Positions 17,001 to 26,377 of a stretch of DNA of 34,594 bases are shown in pieces; position 1 is the stretch's first letter, and every line of letters begins with the position of its first letter. The notes below the pieces were generated by a model that did no database searches, was not told the origin of the DNA, and saw only the letters and a list, made by a program, of their open reading frames with translations. Origin of the DNA: Bdellovibrio sp. (lineage in GTDB: Bacteria; Bdellovibrionota; Bdellovibrionia; Bdellovibrionales; Bdellovibrionaceae); assembly GCA_046318155.1 (NCBI GenBank), contig JBKCUU010000062.1:1-34594 (forward strand), written 5' to 3'. Both the position numbers and the translations under genes were made by a program.

Positions 17001-17674
17001 ACGTTATCAGAGACAATATTCGAGAAGCCGACAGTAAATACCGCGAAGTGATACAAAAAGCGCTCGAGCATTTTGCGGGTCCGATGTTTAAAGACGAGAT
17101 TTTTGCGGCGAAGGCCGAATTTTTTGAGAATTCAGGGATTCTCGACGAAAATGCAGCTAACTACGAGCTGCGAATGTCGCAGTTTTTTGATTGGTACTTT
17201 TTTACTCGAGATCTCAAGAGCTTTGGCCAAACACCACTTGAGTCCCTGTTCAATACCCGCGAGTTGCGCTTTGCTCCCGAAGAAGTCGTCGTTATTGATA
17301 AGCTTAAATCCAATCGTCACGGGTTGTTTGAGCTCATAAAGGTTAAGGGCGAAGATGTGTATTTGCGTGATCTGCTTCGTAACAACAAAATTGTCGTCAA
17401 AGAATGCCCGTACTTCGCGGGCTTCAATGCCGACGAGATCTTTGAAGCTCGGCTGATGCCTTTTGAAGACACTTGGATATTTACCAAAGGTTTTTGTTTT
17501 CATCCTGCGGATGCGCGCAAATTTATTTTGGCCGAGGTGAAGCGTCACCGTAAAAACAGCGATTTGAATCCAGATGATCTCATGCTGATGCTGGTCAAGA
17601 TGCGCTACCGTGCCGAACGGTACCGCCACGTGCGTATCGAATCGATTTACAGTTTAGACAGCAAGCTCTCCTAA
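16997..17674 (+). CDS. Hypothetical cytoplasmic protein between carA and carB
   Basis: 225-aa ORF, ATGA-coupled to carA and filling the gap to carB; FFDWYFF motif; no recognised family. Confidence 0.8.
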   Translation: MNVIRDNIREADSKYREVIQKALEHFAGPMFKDEIFAAKAEFFENSGILDENAANYELRMSQFFDWYFFTRDLKSFGQTPLESLFNTRELRFAPEEVVVIDKLKSNRHGLFELIKVKGEDVYLRDLLRNNKIVVKECPYFAGFNADEIFEARLMPFEDTWIFTKGFCFHPADARKFILAEVKRHRKNSDLNPDDLMLMLVKMRYRAERYRHVRIESIYSLDSKLS

Positions 17675-17707
17675 CTCAGGGCTTCGCTCAAAATGATGGG
17701 GTGAGTG

Positions 17708-20700
17708 ATGCCCAGAAGGCAAGACGTCAAGAAAGTTCTGATCATAGGAGCGGGGCCTATTGTCATCGGACAAGCCTGCGAATTTGATTATTCTGGAACG
17801 CAGGCCTGTAAAGCTCTGATGAAAGAAGGTCTGGAGGTGATTCTCGTCAACTCCAACCCAGCCACCATCATGACCGATCCTGAAATTGCCACACGGGTCT
17901 ACGTTGAACCTTTGCGCGTTCCTTTTCTCGAAAAAATTATTGAGAAAGAACGCCCGGATTCGATCATTCCAACCTTGGGTGGTCAGACCGCATTAAACCT
18001 CGCGCTCGAGTTGAGCGATTTGGGGATTCTTAAAAAATACAACGTTCGATTGCTCGGTGCAGATCCGGTCGTGATCAGGGCGGCTGAAGACCGCGAAAAG
18101 TTTCGCGATATCCTCGATGAAGTCGGTGCAAAATATCCGAAGAGTGAAATGGTTCGTAACTTCGAACAGGGGCTGAGGGCCGCTGATCAATTGGGATTTC
18201 CGTTGATTTTAAGACCGAACTTCACGCTTGGCGGCGGCGGCGGTGGTGTGGCTTACACACTCGAAGAATACAAAATGATGCTCGTGACTGGCTTAGGTGA
18301 AAGTCCCACTTCTGAAGTTCTTGTTGAAGAAAGCATCCTCGGTTGGAAAGAATTTGAACTCGAAGTCATGCGAGATGCGGCGGGGACATTCGTTGTTGTC
18401 TGCAGTATCGAAAACTTTGACCCCTGCGGTGTGCACACCGGTGATAGCATCACCGTCGCTCCTCAGCAAACGCTGAGCGATGCTGAGTACCAAGCGATGC
18501 GCGACGAAGCCTGTAAAATCCTAAACAAAGTGGGCGTGCAAACGGGCGGGGCTAATATTCAGTTTGCTACCCACCCCACAACCAGAGAACGGGTTGTGAT
18601 CGAGATGAATCCACGCGTTTCAAGATCGTCCGCCTTGGCCAGTAAGGCGACGGGATTTCCGATTGCAAAATTAGCGGCTCTTTTGGCGATCGGGTACCAT
18701 CTCGACGAAATTCAAAACGACATCACCAAAGTGACGCCCTCCTGTTATGAGCCCGCACTTGATTACGTCGTCACAAAAATTCCGCGCTTTGCATTTGAAA
18801 AATTTGCTGGTAGCCGCGATTTTTTAACCACGCAGATGAAGAGTGTTGGCGAAGTCATGGGTATAGGGCGCACGCTTCAAGAATCAATGATGAAGGCGCT
18901 GAGCTCGCTGGAAGGTTCTGCTGAGGGTGTTCCGGATGTCAATTTTCAGGTCGACCGTGTATCTTACCCCAATAGCCTGCGGATTTATCATGTGTTTCAG
19001 GCTTTTCGTCACGGCTTGCCGCTGCAGCAGATTCAAGATTGGACGCAGATCAACCCTTACTTCCTCGAGCAAATCGAACAATTGGTTCGCTTCGAGGGTG
19101 AAATCACGAAAACCAAGAACCTGAGCCGCGAATTTCTTTTGCGAGCCAAGCGTAAAGGTTTTTCGGATGCTCGCATTGCCAAGCTTCGCGACACAACGCC
19201 CGAATCGATTCTCAAAGTGCGTGAAGCCCTTGGCGTTTTGCCGCAGTTTCTGCAAGTCGATACCTGCGCGGGAGAGTTTGCTTCAAGCACGCCTTATTTT
19301 TACTCGTCGTATTGGGCCGAGAGTTCGGCACCGATTTCGTTTCGCTCGCCAACCGTGGTCATCGGCAGTGGACCCAACCGAATTGGTCAGGGCATCGAGT
19401 TTGATTACAGCTGCGTTCGCGGCGTTAAAGCGTTACAAAAAATGGGACGGCAGGTGGTGATGGTGAATTCCAACCCCGAAACCGTTTCGACCGACTACGA
19501 CACCTCTGACATTTTGTTTTTTGAGCCTCTGACATTTGAACACCTCAATGAAATCATGCGGGCTGCAAAGCCCTCGGGTTTTATCGCTCAGCTGGGTGGA
19601 CAAACACCGCTCAATGTTGCGCCTTCGCTGGTGAAGGCCGGCTGGAGGCTCTTAGGATCCTCTCTCGAAACGATTGATTTGGCTGAAGACCGGGGACTTT
19701 TTAGTCAAATTTGCCGCGAGCTTGAGTTTCAAATTCCGAAGTCCGCCTTGGCCGGCGATCTCGAGACGGCTCTCAAGGTTGTCGAAAAAATCGAGTACCC
19801 GATTATCTGCCGTCCCAGCTATGTTTTGGGCGGGCGGCGCATGGAAGTTGTCGAAAGCGAGTCCGAACTGCGCTCGTATTTTGACCGTCATGGCGAGGCC
19901 ATTTCGACTGATAAGCCCTGCCTCATTGATCAGTTTCTTGAAGGGGCTCTTGAAGTCGACGTCGATTTGATCCGCGGAGAAGATTGGGCCATGATCGGCG
20001 GCATCGTCGAGCACATCGAGGCCGCGGGTGTTCATTCGGGCGACAGTATGGGTGTTCTTCCTCCGCAGCGCCTAAAAAATGAAACCTGTGACCGCATCGA
20101 AGAAATGAGTTTAAAACTGAGCGATCGAATTAAGGTCATCGGGCATTTGAATCTTCAGTTAGCCGTTAAGAATGACGAAGTCTTTATGCTCGAAGCGAAT
20201 CCACGCAGTTCGCGCTCGGTCCCGTTTGTCGTCAAAGCCGCGGGTATTCCGCTGATTGATTTGGGAATTAAAGCCATGCTCGGTGTTCGTGCCGCGCAGC
20301 TGGATCTTAGCAAATGCAAATGGCGAGAGACGGCTCAGGTCTCGGTGAAAGGCGTGGTCTTTCCATTTAAGAAATTCTCTGAAAGTGATTCGATCCTTGG
20401 ACCCGAGATGAAATCAACAGGCGAGAGCATGGGCCGCGGCGACGATTACGCCGAAGCTTTGATGAAAGCCTTGCTGTCGAGCCATGTGCGGTTTCCACAA
20501 AAGGGTGAAGTCTTCTTCTCGCTCCGAGATAAAGACAAACAGTTGATGCTTCCGATCGTCAAGGAACTCAAGTCAATGGGATATCAAATCTCGGCGACGA
20601 CCGGAACCGCCGATTACCTGAATGGTCAGGGCGTTGAGACGCTCAGCTTGCGTAAAGTTCACGAAGGCCGGCCTCACTGCGTCGACCGTATTCGGTCGGG

Positions 20701-20899
20701 TGAAGTGGCCTTCGTCATTAACACAACTCGCGGCAAGCAATCCGTCGAAGCCAGCTTCGATATTCGTCGAGCCTGCATTGATCTCAGTCTGCCTTGTTTG
20801 ACCGAGTCGGATGCGGCCGAGGCTTTCTTGATTGCGCTCCGGCGCTCCAAGACGGGTCGGTTTGAAGTGAACAGTCTTCCGCAGATGAAACCTTGCTGA
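17708..20899 (+). CDS. carB: Carbamoyl-phosphate synthase large subunit
   Basis: [31 protein letters not shown], second half GQGIEFDY...[11 protein letters not shown]-terminal MGS-like domain. Confidence 0.99.
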   Translation: MPRRQDVKKVLIIGAGPIVIGQACEFDYSGTQACKALMKEGLEVILVNSNPATIMTDPEIATRVYVEPLRVPFLEKIIEKERPDSIIPTLGGQTALNLALELSDLGILKKYNVRLLGADPVVIRAAEDREKFRDILDEVGAKYPKSEMVRNFEQGLRAADQLGFPLILRPNFTLGGGGGGVAYTLEEYKMMLVTGLGESPTSEVLVEESILGWKEFELEVMRDAAGTFVVVCSIENFDPCGVHTGDSITVAPQQTLSDAEYQAMRDEACKILNKVGVQTGGANIQFATHPTTRERVVIEMNPRVSRSSALASKATGFPIAKLAALLAIGYHLDEIQNDITKVTPSCYEPALDYVVTKIPRFAFEKFAGSRDFLTTQMKSVGEVMGIGRTLQESMMKALSSLEGSAEGVPDVNFQVDRVSYPNSLRIYHVFQAFRHGLPLQQIQDWTQINPYFLEQIEQLVRFEGEITKTKNLSREFLLRAKRKGFSDARIAKLRDTTPESILKVREALGVLPQFLQVDTCAGEFASSTPYFYSSYWAESSAPISFRSPTVVIGSGPNRIGQGIEFDYSCVRGVKALQKMGRQVVMVNSNPETVSTDYDTSDILFFEPLTFEHLNEIMRAAKPSGFIAQLGGQTPLNVAPSLVKAGWRLLGSSLETIDLAEDRGLFSQICRELEFQIPKSALAGDLETALKVVEKIEYPIICRPSYVLGGRRMEVVESESELRSYFDRHGEAISTDKPCLIDQFLEGALEVDVDLIRGEDWAMIGGIVEHIEAAGVHSGDSMGVLPPQRLKNETCDRIEEMSLKLSDRIKVIGHLNLQLAVKNDEVFMLEANPRSSRSVPFVVKAAGIPLIDLGIKAMLGVRAAQLDLSKCKWRETAQVSVKGVVFPFKKFSESDSILGPEMKSTGESMGRGDDYAEALMKALLSSHVRFPQKGEVFFSLRDKDKQLMLPIVKELKSMGYQISATTGTADYLNGQGVETLSLRKVHEGRPHCVDRIRSGEVAFVINTTRGKQSVEASFDIRRACIDLSLPCLTESDAAEAFLIALRRSKTGRFEVNSLPQMKPC

Positions 20900-20902
20900 C
20901 GT

Positions 20903-21658
20903 ATGCTAGTTCGTGTCCAAGGCCTCGAAAAAAGTTTTAAGCCTGACGTCTTTCGGCCCGCCAAAAAGGCGCTCAAAGAGGTCGCGTTTTCGCTCCCGAA
21001 AGGCTCGGCAACGGGCTTTATCGGGGTGAATGGAGCGGGCAAAACAACGACGCTCAAGTGCCTGCTTGGATTTTTGTCTCCGGATCAGGGGCAGATTGAA
21101 TTTGATTCTGGACGGCAAAACTTCGATCAATTTCGGAAGTACTTGGGATATTTACCCGAGCGGCCGTATTTTTATGATTTTTTAACGACCGTTGAGTTTC
21201 TGAAATTTCATTGGGAGCTCTCGGGCGGTGGCCCAGGGTTTGTTGATCGCAAAAACGAAGTTTTGAGAAAAGTGGATCTCCTGCAAACAGGAGACAAAAG
21301 GCTCAGTGCATTTTCAAAAGGAATGCTGAAACGAATTGGTCTCGCACAAGCGCTGCTTCGTCGGCCTGAACTTTTGATTTTAGATGAGCCGATGTCGGGC
21401 TTGGACCCGGATGGCCGCTGGCTCGTCAAAGAAATCTTGCGCGAAGAGCGAGGGCGAGGGACAACGCTTTTTTTTAGCAGCCACTTGCTGGCCGATATGG
21501 AAGAGCTTTGTGATCGCCTCCTGGTGATCGAAGACGGTCAAATCTTGTTCGAAGGCCTTCAGACTGAGTTTCGTCCCGAAAGTAACCAGAGCCTTGAGAA
21601 AACATTTGCCCAAGTCCGCGCTTCGCACCGACAAACCTCGGGTCGGGGGCCGACATGA
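20903..21658 (+). CDS. ABC transporter ATP-binding protein (PilH-like of myxobacterial pil clusters)
   Basis: Walker A GVNGAGKTT, signature FSKGM, Walker B LLILDEP, H-loop SSH; upstream of pilD. Confidence 0.93.
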   Translation: MLVRVQGLEKSFKPDVFRPAKKALKEVAFSLPKGSATGFIGVNGAGKTTTLKCLLGFLSPDQGQIEFDSGRQNFDQFRKYLGYLPERPYFYDFLTTVEFLKFHWELSGGGPGFVDRKNEVLRKVDLLQTGDKRLSAFSKGMLKRIGLAQALLRRPELLILDEPMSGLDPDGRWLVKEILREERGRGTTLFFSSHLLADMEELCDRLLVIEDGQILFEGLQTEFRPESNQSLEKTFAQVRASHRQTSGRGPT

Positions 21659-22413
21659 AGCCCGTCCTTATCCTTGCTCGAATGACGTGGACCGAGCTGA
21701 TTCGAAATCGTTTTGTCGTTGTCTTGGCTTTCTTGGCTCTTTTGCTTTTAGTTCTGGCGACATTTTTAGGAACGCTTTCTCTGGATGAGCAAACACGAAT
21801 GCTGGTGCATCTGGGCTTTGCGAGTTTTCATGTCACGCTCGTTGGCCTCGCCTTATTTTTGGGTTCATGGACTTTGCAAGCTGAAATCGAAAAGCAAACT
21901 TGTCTCTTGGTTCTTTCGCGTCCGGTCTCGCGCACGCAATTTCTCATAGGTAAATGGTTGGGCGCTTTAAGCCTCATCACATTTTTTTGGCTTGTTTGTG
22001 GTCTCTTGCACTTGATTCTACTCGAATTTCAATTTTTGCTAAGTGTTTACTTTTTGGTTCATTTGACTCTGCTCATCGAGAGTTTCACGGTTTTGAGTCT
22101 CGCGTTTTTCTTTGCGAGTTTCTTGCGTCCACTTTTGGCGCTCAGTGCCAGCTTTGCGCTGCTGCTGGCGGGACATTGGCGAGAAGATCTGCAGTTTTTT
22201 GCCAAGCGCACGAAGTCAGTCTTCTTTGAGCAAGCCGCCGAGGTTTCGGTCTGGATCTTTCCTCCGTTTGATCGGCTCGAGATTCGATCGGTCCATTTTT
22301 TGACGAATGCGGATTCGGTTTTTCCGGCTTGGACCGTGACACACCTCCTCTTTTGGTCGACACTGCTGATGTTCTGTGCCGCACAGCTCTGGAGGAGACG
22401 AGACCTTGTTTAA
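21655..22413 (+). CDS. ABC-2 type permease (PilI-like)
   Basis: About 6 TM helices; EIEKQT..LVLSRPVSRTQFLIGKWLG motif; ATGA-coupled to the ATPase. Confidence 0.88.
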   Translation: MKPVLILARMTWTELIRNRFVVVLAFLALLLLVLATFLGTLSLDEQTRMLVHLGFASFHVTLVGLALFLGSWTLQAEIEKQTCLLVLSRPVSRTQFLIGKWLGALSLITFFWLVCGLLHLILLEFQFLLSVYFLVHLTLLIESFTVLSLAFFFASFLRPLLALSASFALLLAGHWREDLQFFAKRTKSVFFEQAAEVSVWIFPPFDRLEIRSVHFLTNADSVFPAWTVTHLLFWSTLLMFCAAQLWRRRDLV

Positions 22414-23221
22414 CGAAGCCGTGTTTCAACTCACACCTGTTTGGCTGACTTTTTTCTTTGTCCTTGGCGCCATCCTCGGAAGTTTTGCAAATGTTGCGAT
22501 CTTACGCTTTCAATCCAACGAGAGCGTTGTCACGCCCGCATCCCGCTGCCCCAAGTGCCAAGCGCCGATCCTTTGGAGAGACAAGATCCCCCTCTTGTCT
22601 TGGTTTTTACTCCGCGGTCAGTGCAGAGCGTGCAAAGCGCCCATTTCTAAACGCTACGTTGTTGTTGAATTCTTAACGGCCGTTCTTTTTTGCGCCACGT
22701 TTGCCAAAGTCGGTTGGTCGTGGACGCTGCTCGAGCTCTTGATCTTTTTTTCGGGCCTCGTCATCGTCAGTTTTATCGATCTCGATACCTTTCTTTTGCC
22801 GGATAAATACACGCTTCCCGGAATGGTGATCGGGCTTGCCGGTGCGGCCCTCAGTCCCGACCGCTCGTTTTTAGATTCAGTTTTAGGTTTGGTTTTTGGT
22901 GGCGGATTTTTGTGGGCTGTCGCTTATTTCTACTACGTTCTTCGAAAAGAAGAGGGGATGGGCGGGGGCGACATCAAGCTCTTGGGCTGGATTGGTGCTG
23001 TTTTGGGCTGGCAGTCGATCGCGTTTACCATTATTGCGGCCAGTTTAGTCGGCAGCGTGATAGGTCTCCTAGCCGCAAGTCGAGACAACAAGGGTATGAA
23101 GACGGTCATTCCGTTCGGTCCATCGCTAGCCTTTGGTGCAGTTCTTTATGTGCTTGCAGGGCAAAACATCTCTGAGCTCTACAATCAGTTCTTTTTTCCT
23201 TATTTATCCATGACCCCCTGA
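22406..23221 (+). CDS. pilD: Prepilin peptidase/N-methyltransferase (A24A)
   Basis: GSFANV, SRCPKC, QCRAC, FIDLD..LLPD, GMGGGDIKL, IPFGP; TTG 22406 after GGAGG. Confidence 0.96.
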   Translation: MFNEAVFQLTPVWLTFFFVLGAILGSFANVAILRFQSNESVVTPASRCPKCQAPILWRDKIPLLSWFLLRGQCRACKAPISKRYVVVEFLTAVLFCATFAKVGWSWTLLELLIFFSGLVIVSFIDLDTFLLPDKYTLPGMVIGLAGAALSPDRSFLDSVLGLVFGGGFLWAVAYFYYVLRKEEGMGGGDIKLLGWIGAVLGWQSIAFTIIAASLVGSVIGLLAASRDNKGMKTVIPFGPSLAFGAVLYVLAGQNISELYNQFFFPYLSMTP

Positions 23222-23222
23222 T

Positions 23223-23251
23223 TTGACAAAACCCTCACAGGATTCAATAAT
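23223..23251 (+). promoter_or_regulatory. Putative sigma70 promoter for pilMNOPQ
   Basis: TTGACA (23223)-17 nt-AATAAT (23246) in the pilD-pilM gap. Confidence 0.65.
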
Positions 23252-23299
23252 TTATAGAAGATCTTTCAAGTCTTCGAAAGCATCTAGTGGGTGAACATC

Positions 23300-24352
23300 G
23301 TGTTTTTCAGTTCGAAGAAAGTGGTTGGCCTCGACATTGGCTCGAGTTCGATCAAAATCGCAGAGCTTGAAGTGGGTCGTCAGGGAGCGAAGCTCCTCAC
23401 ATTTGGTATTGTTCCAACTCCTGCGGGGGCCATGAGTTACGGGGATATCCATGATATTGACTCGCTCTCGAGGGTCGTTCGTCAATTGATCAGCGATTAT
23501 AAAATCAAACGAAAGTCTGCCGCCGTTGGTCTTGCGGGTACCGCGGCCATCGTCAAAAAAATCACAATTCCACGCATTGACCATAAGCTCCTCAAAGACC
23601 AAGTGCGCTGGGAAGCCGAGCAGTACATTCCGTTTGATGTGAATTCGATCTCGCTTGATTACCATCTTATCGAAAACACAAAAACGCCTGACATGATGGA
23701 TCTGCTTTTAATCGCCTCACAGAATGACGTCGTGACCTCTTACACCAGCGTTGTCCAAATGGCGGGGCTTAACCTTGGTATTCTTGATGTTGCGGGATTT
23801 GCACTCGCCAACATTTTTGAGTTTAATTACGGTAAATTGCCGGGCCAAACGATTGGCATTTTGAATTTGGGTGCGACCACGACGAACTTCGTGGTGATTC
23901 ACGACGGTGATGTCGTGTTTAGCCGCGACATCAATGCCGGTGGCCAAAACTACACCTACGAAATCCACAAAGAGCTCGGCGTCTCGATTCCAGAGGCCGA
24001 AACACTCAAGCTCAGCGCCGTGCGCGGCGAAGGTGTTCCGGATGAGGTGCACAGTTTACTCAGCTCGATGAACGAAACGATTAAAGAAGAAGTTCGAAAC
24101 AATTTTGATTATTTTGCAGGATCGGCTTCCAACTTAAGCTTGACGCAATGTTTTTTTACCGGCGGCGCTTCGGATACTCCTGGTCTTATTGAATCTATTT
24201 CGCAAGCGACCAGCGTGCGGATGGAGCCGATGAACCCTTTGATGCGTATCACGCCGGCTGGCAAAAATTTAAGTCCTGGTTTCTTAGGCCAAACAAGTAC
24301 ATTGTCTGCAGTGGTGCTCGGGCTTGCTCTTCGCAAGGCGGGTGATTCGTGA
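23300..24352 (+). CDS. pilM: Type IV pilus assembly protein PilM
   Basis: GLDIGSSSIK, WEAEQYIPF, FTGG, LGLALR; start GTG 23300 (alternative 23291). Confidence 0.96.
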   Translation: MFFSSKKVVGLDIGSSSIKIAELEVGRQGAKLLTFGIVPTPAGAMSYGDIHDIDSLSRVVRQLISDYKIKRKSAAVGLAGTAAIVKKITIPRIDHKLLKDQVRWEAEQYIPFDVNSISLDYHLIENTKTPDMMDLLLIASQNDVVTSYTSVVQMAGLNLGILDVAGFALANIFEFNYGKLPGQTIGILNLGATTTNFVVIHDGDVVFSRDINAGGQNYTYEIHKELGVSIPEAETLKLSAVRGEGVPDEVHSLLSSMNETIKEEVRNNFDYFAGSASNLSLTQCFFTGGASDTPGLIESISQATSVRMEPMNPLMRITPAGKNLSPGFLGQTSTLSAVVLGLALRKAGDS

Positions 24353-24975
24353 TCAAGATCAACCTGGCCGGGAGTGCCGCCGGTAAATTATCGTCAGGGA
24401 GTAGGAGATCTTCATCGGCGTCCGCATCAGAGATGTCGTCGATAGATGCCTCCGACATGGCCGCGATTCGCAGTCAGGCGATCAAGAATTTGGTTTTCAT
24501 TTTAATTGGTCCTATTGCTTTGGCTCTTTACGAGCAGGCGACGCTTCCCGATCTGCAAGCCAAAGCCCAAGCTAAGACGGTCCAGCTCAGCCAATTGGCC
24601 GAAAAAAATAGTAAAGCGCGTGAGGCCGTTGAGCAAACCAAGAGGTTTCGTAAAGAGCAAGAATTGCTCCAAGCACAAATCGACTCGATCGAGAATCTAA
24701 AAAAAGACCGGCTCCGAGAAGTCAAAGTCCTCGACCTTATTCAAAAAGATATGCCGGACCGTTTATGGTTAGTCAAACTTCAGCTCAACGAAGGCAAAAT
24801 GCAAATTGAAGGTATGACGACCACAGATTCTGAACTCACGCTGTTTATGGATGCGTTGTCGCGGAGTGCTTACCTTCGCGAAGTGAGCCTCATCCGCTCG
24901 ACTGATTATGCGACCAAAGAGTATGGGCAATTGAAACGTTTCGAAATTTCTTGCCTGATGGAGAAAGCGCCATAA
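24349..24975 (+). CDS. pilN: Type IV pilus assembly protein PilN
   Basis: MIKINL PilM-binding N-terminus, one TM, coiled coil, MPDRLWL; gene order. Confidence 0.92.
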   Translation: MIKINLAGSAAGKLSSGSRRSSSASASEMSSIDASDMAAIRSQAIKNLVFILIGPIALALYEQATLPDLQAKAQAKTVQLSQLAEKNSKAREAVEQTKRFRKEQELLQAQIDSIENLKKDRLREVKVLDLIQKDMPDRLWLVKLQLNEGKMQIEGMTTTDSELTLFMDALSRSAYLREVSLIRSTDYATKEYGQLKRFEISCLMEKAP

Positions 24976-25556
24976 TGAATAATTTTTTTCTTCGCATGGC
25001 AGCCTTAACTCCTCGCAAAGCACTCTTCGTCGGCTTGATCCTCACGGGCGTTTGGTATTTTGTCCTCTACAATGATGGCTCTGCAACGCAAGCCCGTCTC
25101 ACTATCATTGAGCAAGATATCCAATCCGAAAAAGCCAAAGAGCAAGAATCAGATCTCGCGCTTAAAGAAATCGCGGCCGTTCAAGCCTCGTTGGGAAGTC
25201 TCTCGGACCAGTTTAAAATGGTCTCAGCGCAGCTTCCGACAGACATCCAAATGGCCGAGATTATTCGCACGGTTGACAAGGTGTCTGTGGCAACCGGATT
25301 GACGGTCAAAAGTAAAGAGCCTCGTACCTCAGTCAAACAAGATCTGATCGAAATCTTGCCCTTGCGGGTGTCTGCAAACGGAACTTTTGCTGAGATCACG
25401 AGTTTCTTTTATTACCTCTCGACGATCGAACGCATCGTGCGCGTGAAGAGTTTCAAGATGACATCACCGAATGAGTTTCGCAAGGGTCAGCGCCTCAGCT
25501 TGGATGCGGATGTCGTGAGTTACAAATTTGTGCCACCGGAGGCTCCAAAACGATGA
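24975..25556 (+). CDS. pilO: Type IV pilus assembly protein PilO
   Basis: TM plus coiled coil, QLP, GTF..I..FFY.L...ERIV; TAATG overlap with pilN. Confidence 0.92.
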   Translation: MNNFFLRMAALTPRKALFVGLILTGVWYFVLYNDGSATQARLTIIEQDIQSEKAKEQESDLALKEIAAVQASLGSLSDQFKMVSAQLPTDIQMAEIIRTVDKVSVATGLTVKSKEPRTSVKQDLIEILPLRVSANGTFAEITSFFYYLSTIERIVRVKSFKMTSPNEFRKGQRLSLDADVVSYKFVPPEAPKR

Positions 25557-26344
25557 AAAATCCTCGGCAAGATCTGAGTTGGACCTTGGCAGCAGGGGTT
25601 GTGGTTTTACTGAGCGTTGTCGCTGCCCTTTTCTTGGCGACGGGAACCGTCAAGTCTTTGCGTGCGCAAGCACCGCCTGCAATGGATTTACCACCGCCCG
25701 CTGCAGATCTGCCGCCGCCCATTTCTGAAGGCCCGGCGCAAAATCAAGCGGGACCAGGGCAGTCCCCCAATCAGCAAACACCACAGAATGAGTCGCCTCC
25801 CGCGATGGATTTGCCGCCGCCGCCCTCTGAAATGCCTGCCGGTCAGCTTTCAATCGAAGGTGCACCCGGACTATCGGCACCGGGTTTGGATGCGTCAGCG
25901 GATCCAGGATTGCAAATGTCAAATCCCGAAGGATTTTTCTACGACCCGTCTGGGCGCCGAGATCCGTTTGTCCCACCTCAGTCTCTGATGTTTGTTCCAA
26001 CCGAGGCGGGGTCAGGAATAACATCTGGAAGACCGGCGACGGAGCCTGTTTTGAGGGACCAAGGTCCTGGAGTCACACCGGATTTATTGGCCAACCAAGA
26101 CCCTCTACTTTCATACTATGTGAGGGACTTTAAGTTGATCGGCGTCTTGTGGGATGTGAATGATCCCAAGGCCATGGTTCGAGGGCCTAACAATGGAGTT
26201 TACACAGTCCGGTTAAAAATGAAAATGGGCCGCGAGAGTGCTGTTATTGCTGCGATCCGTGAACGTGAAATCGTGTTGGTACAACCCGATGAAAAAGGCG
26301 ATTACGGCAAAGGCGAAACTCTCAGTATCCGAATGAAGAATTAG
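25553..26344 (+). CDS. pilP: Type IV pilus assembly protein PilP with Pro-rich N-terminal linker
   Basis: YDPSGRRDPF, DPL..Y....FKLIGVLW....KAMV; lies between pilO and pilQ. Confidence 0.88.
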   Translation: MKNPRQDLSWTLAAGVVVLLSVVAALFLATGTVKSLRAQAPPAMDLPPPAADLPPPISEGPAQNQAGPGQSPNQQTPQNESPPAMDLPPPPSEMPAGQLSIEGAPGLSAPGLDASADPGLQMSNPEGFFYDPSGRRDPFVPPQSLMFVPTEAGSGITSGRPATEPVLRDQGPGVTPDLLANQDPLLSYYVRDFKLIGVLWDVNDPKAMVRGPNNGVYTVRLKMKMGRESAVIAAIREREIVLVQPDEKGDYGKGETLSIRMKN

Positions 26345-26377
26345 TAGACGTTATGGATTCATGAAGGAGTCCTGAAT

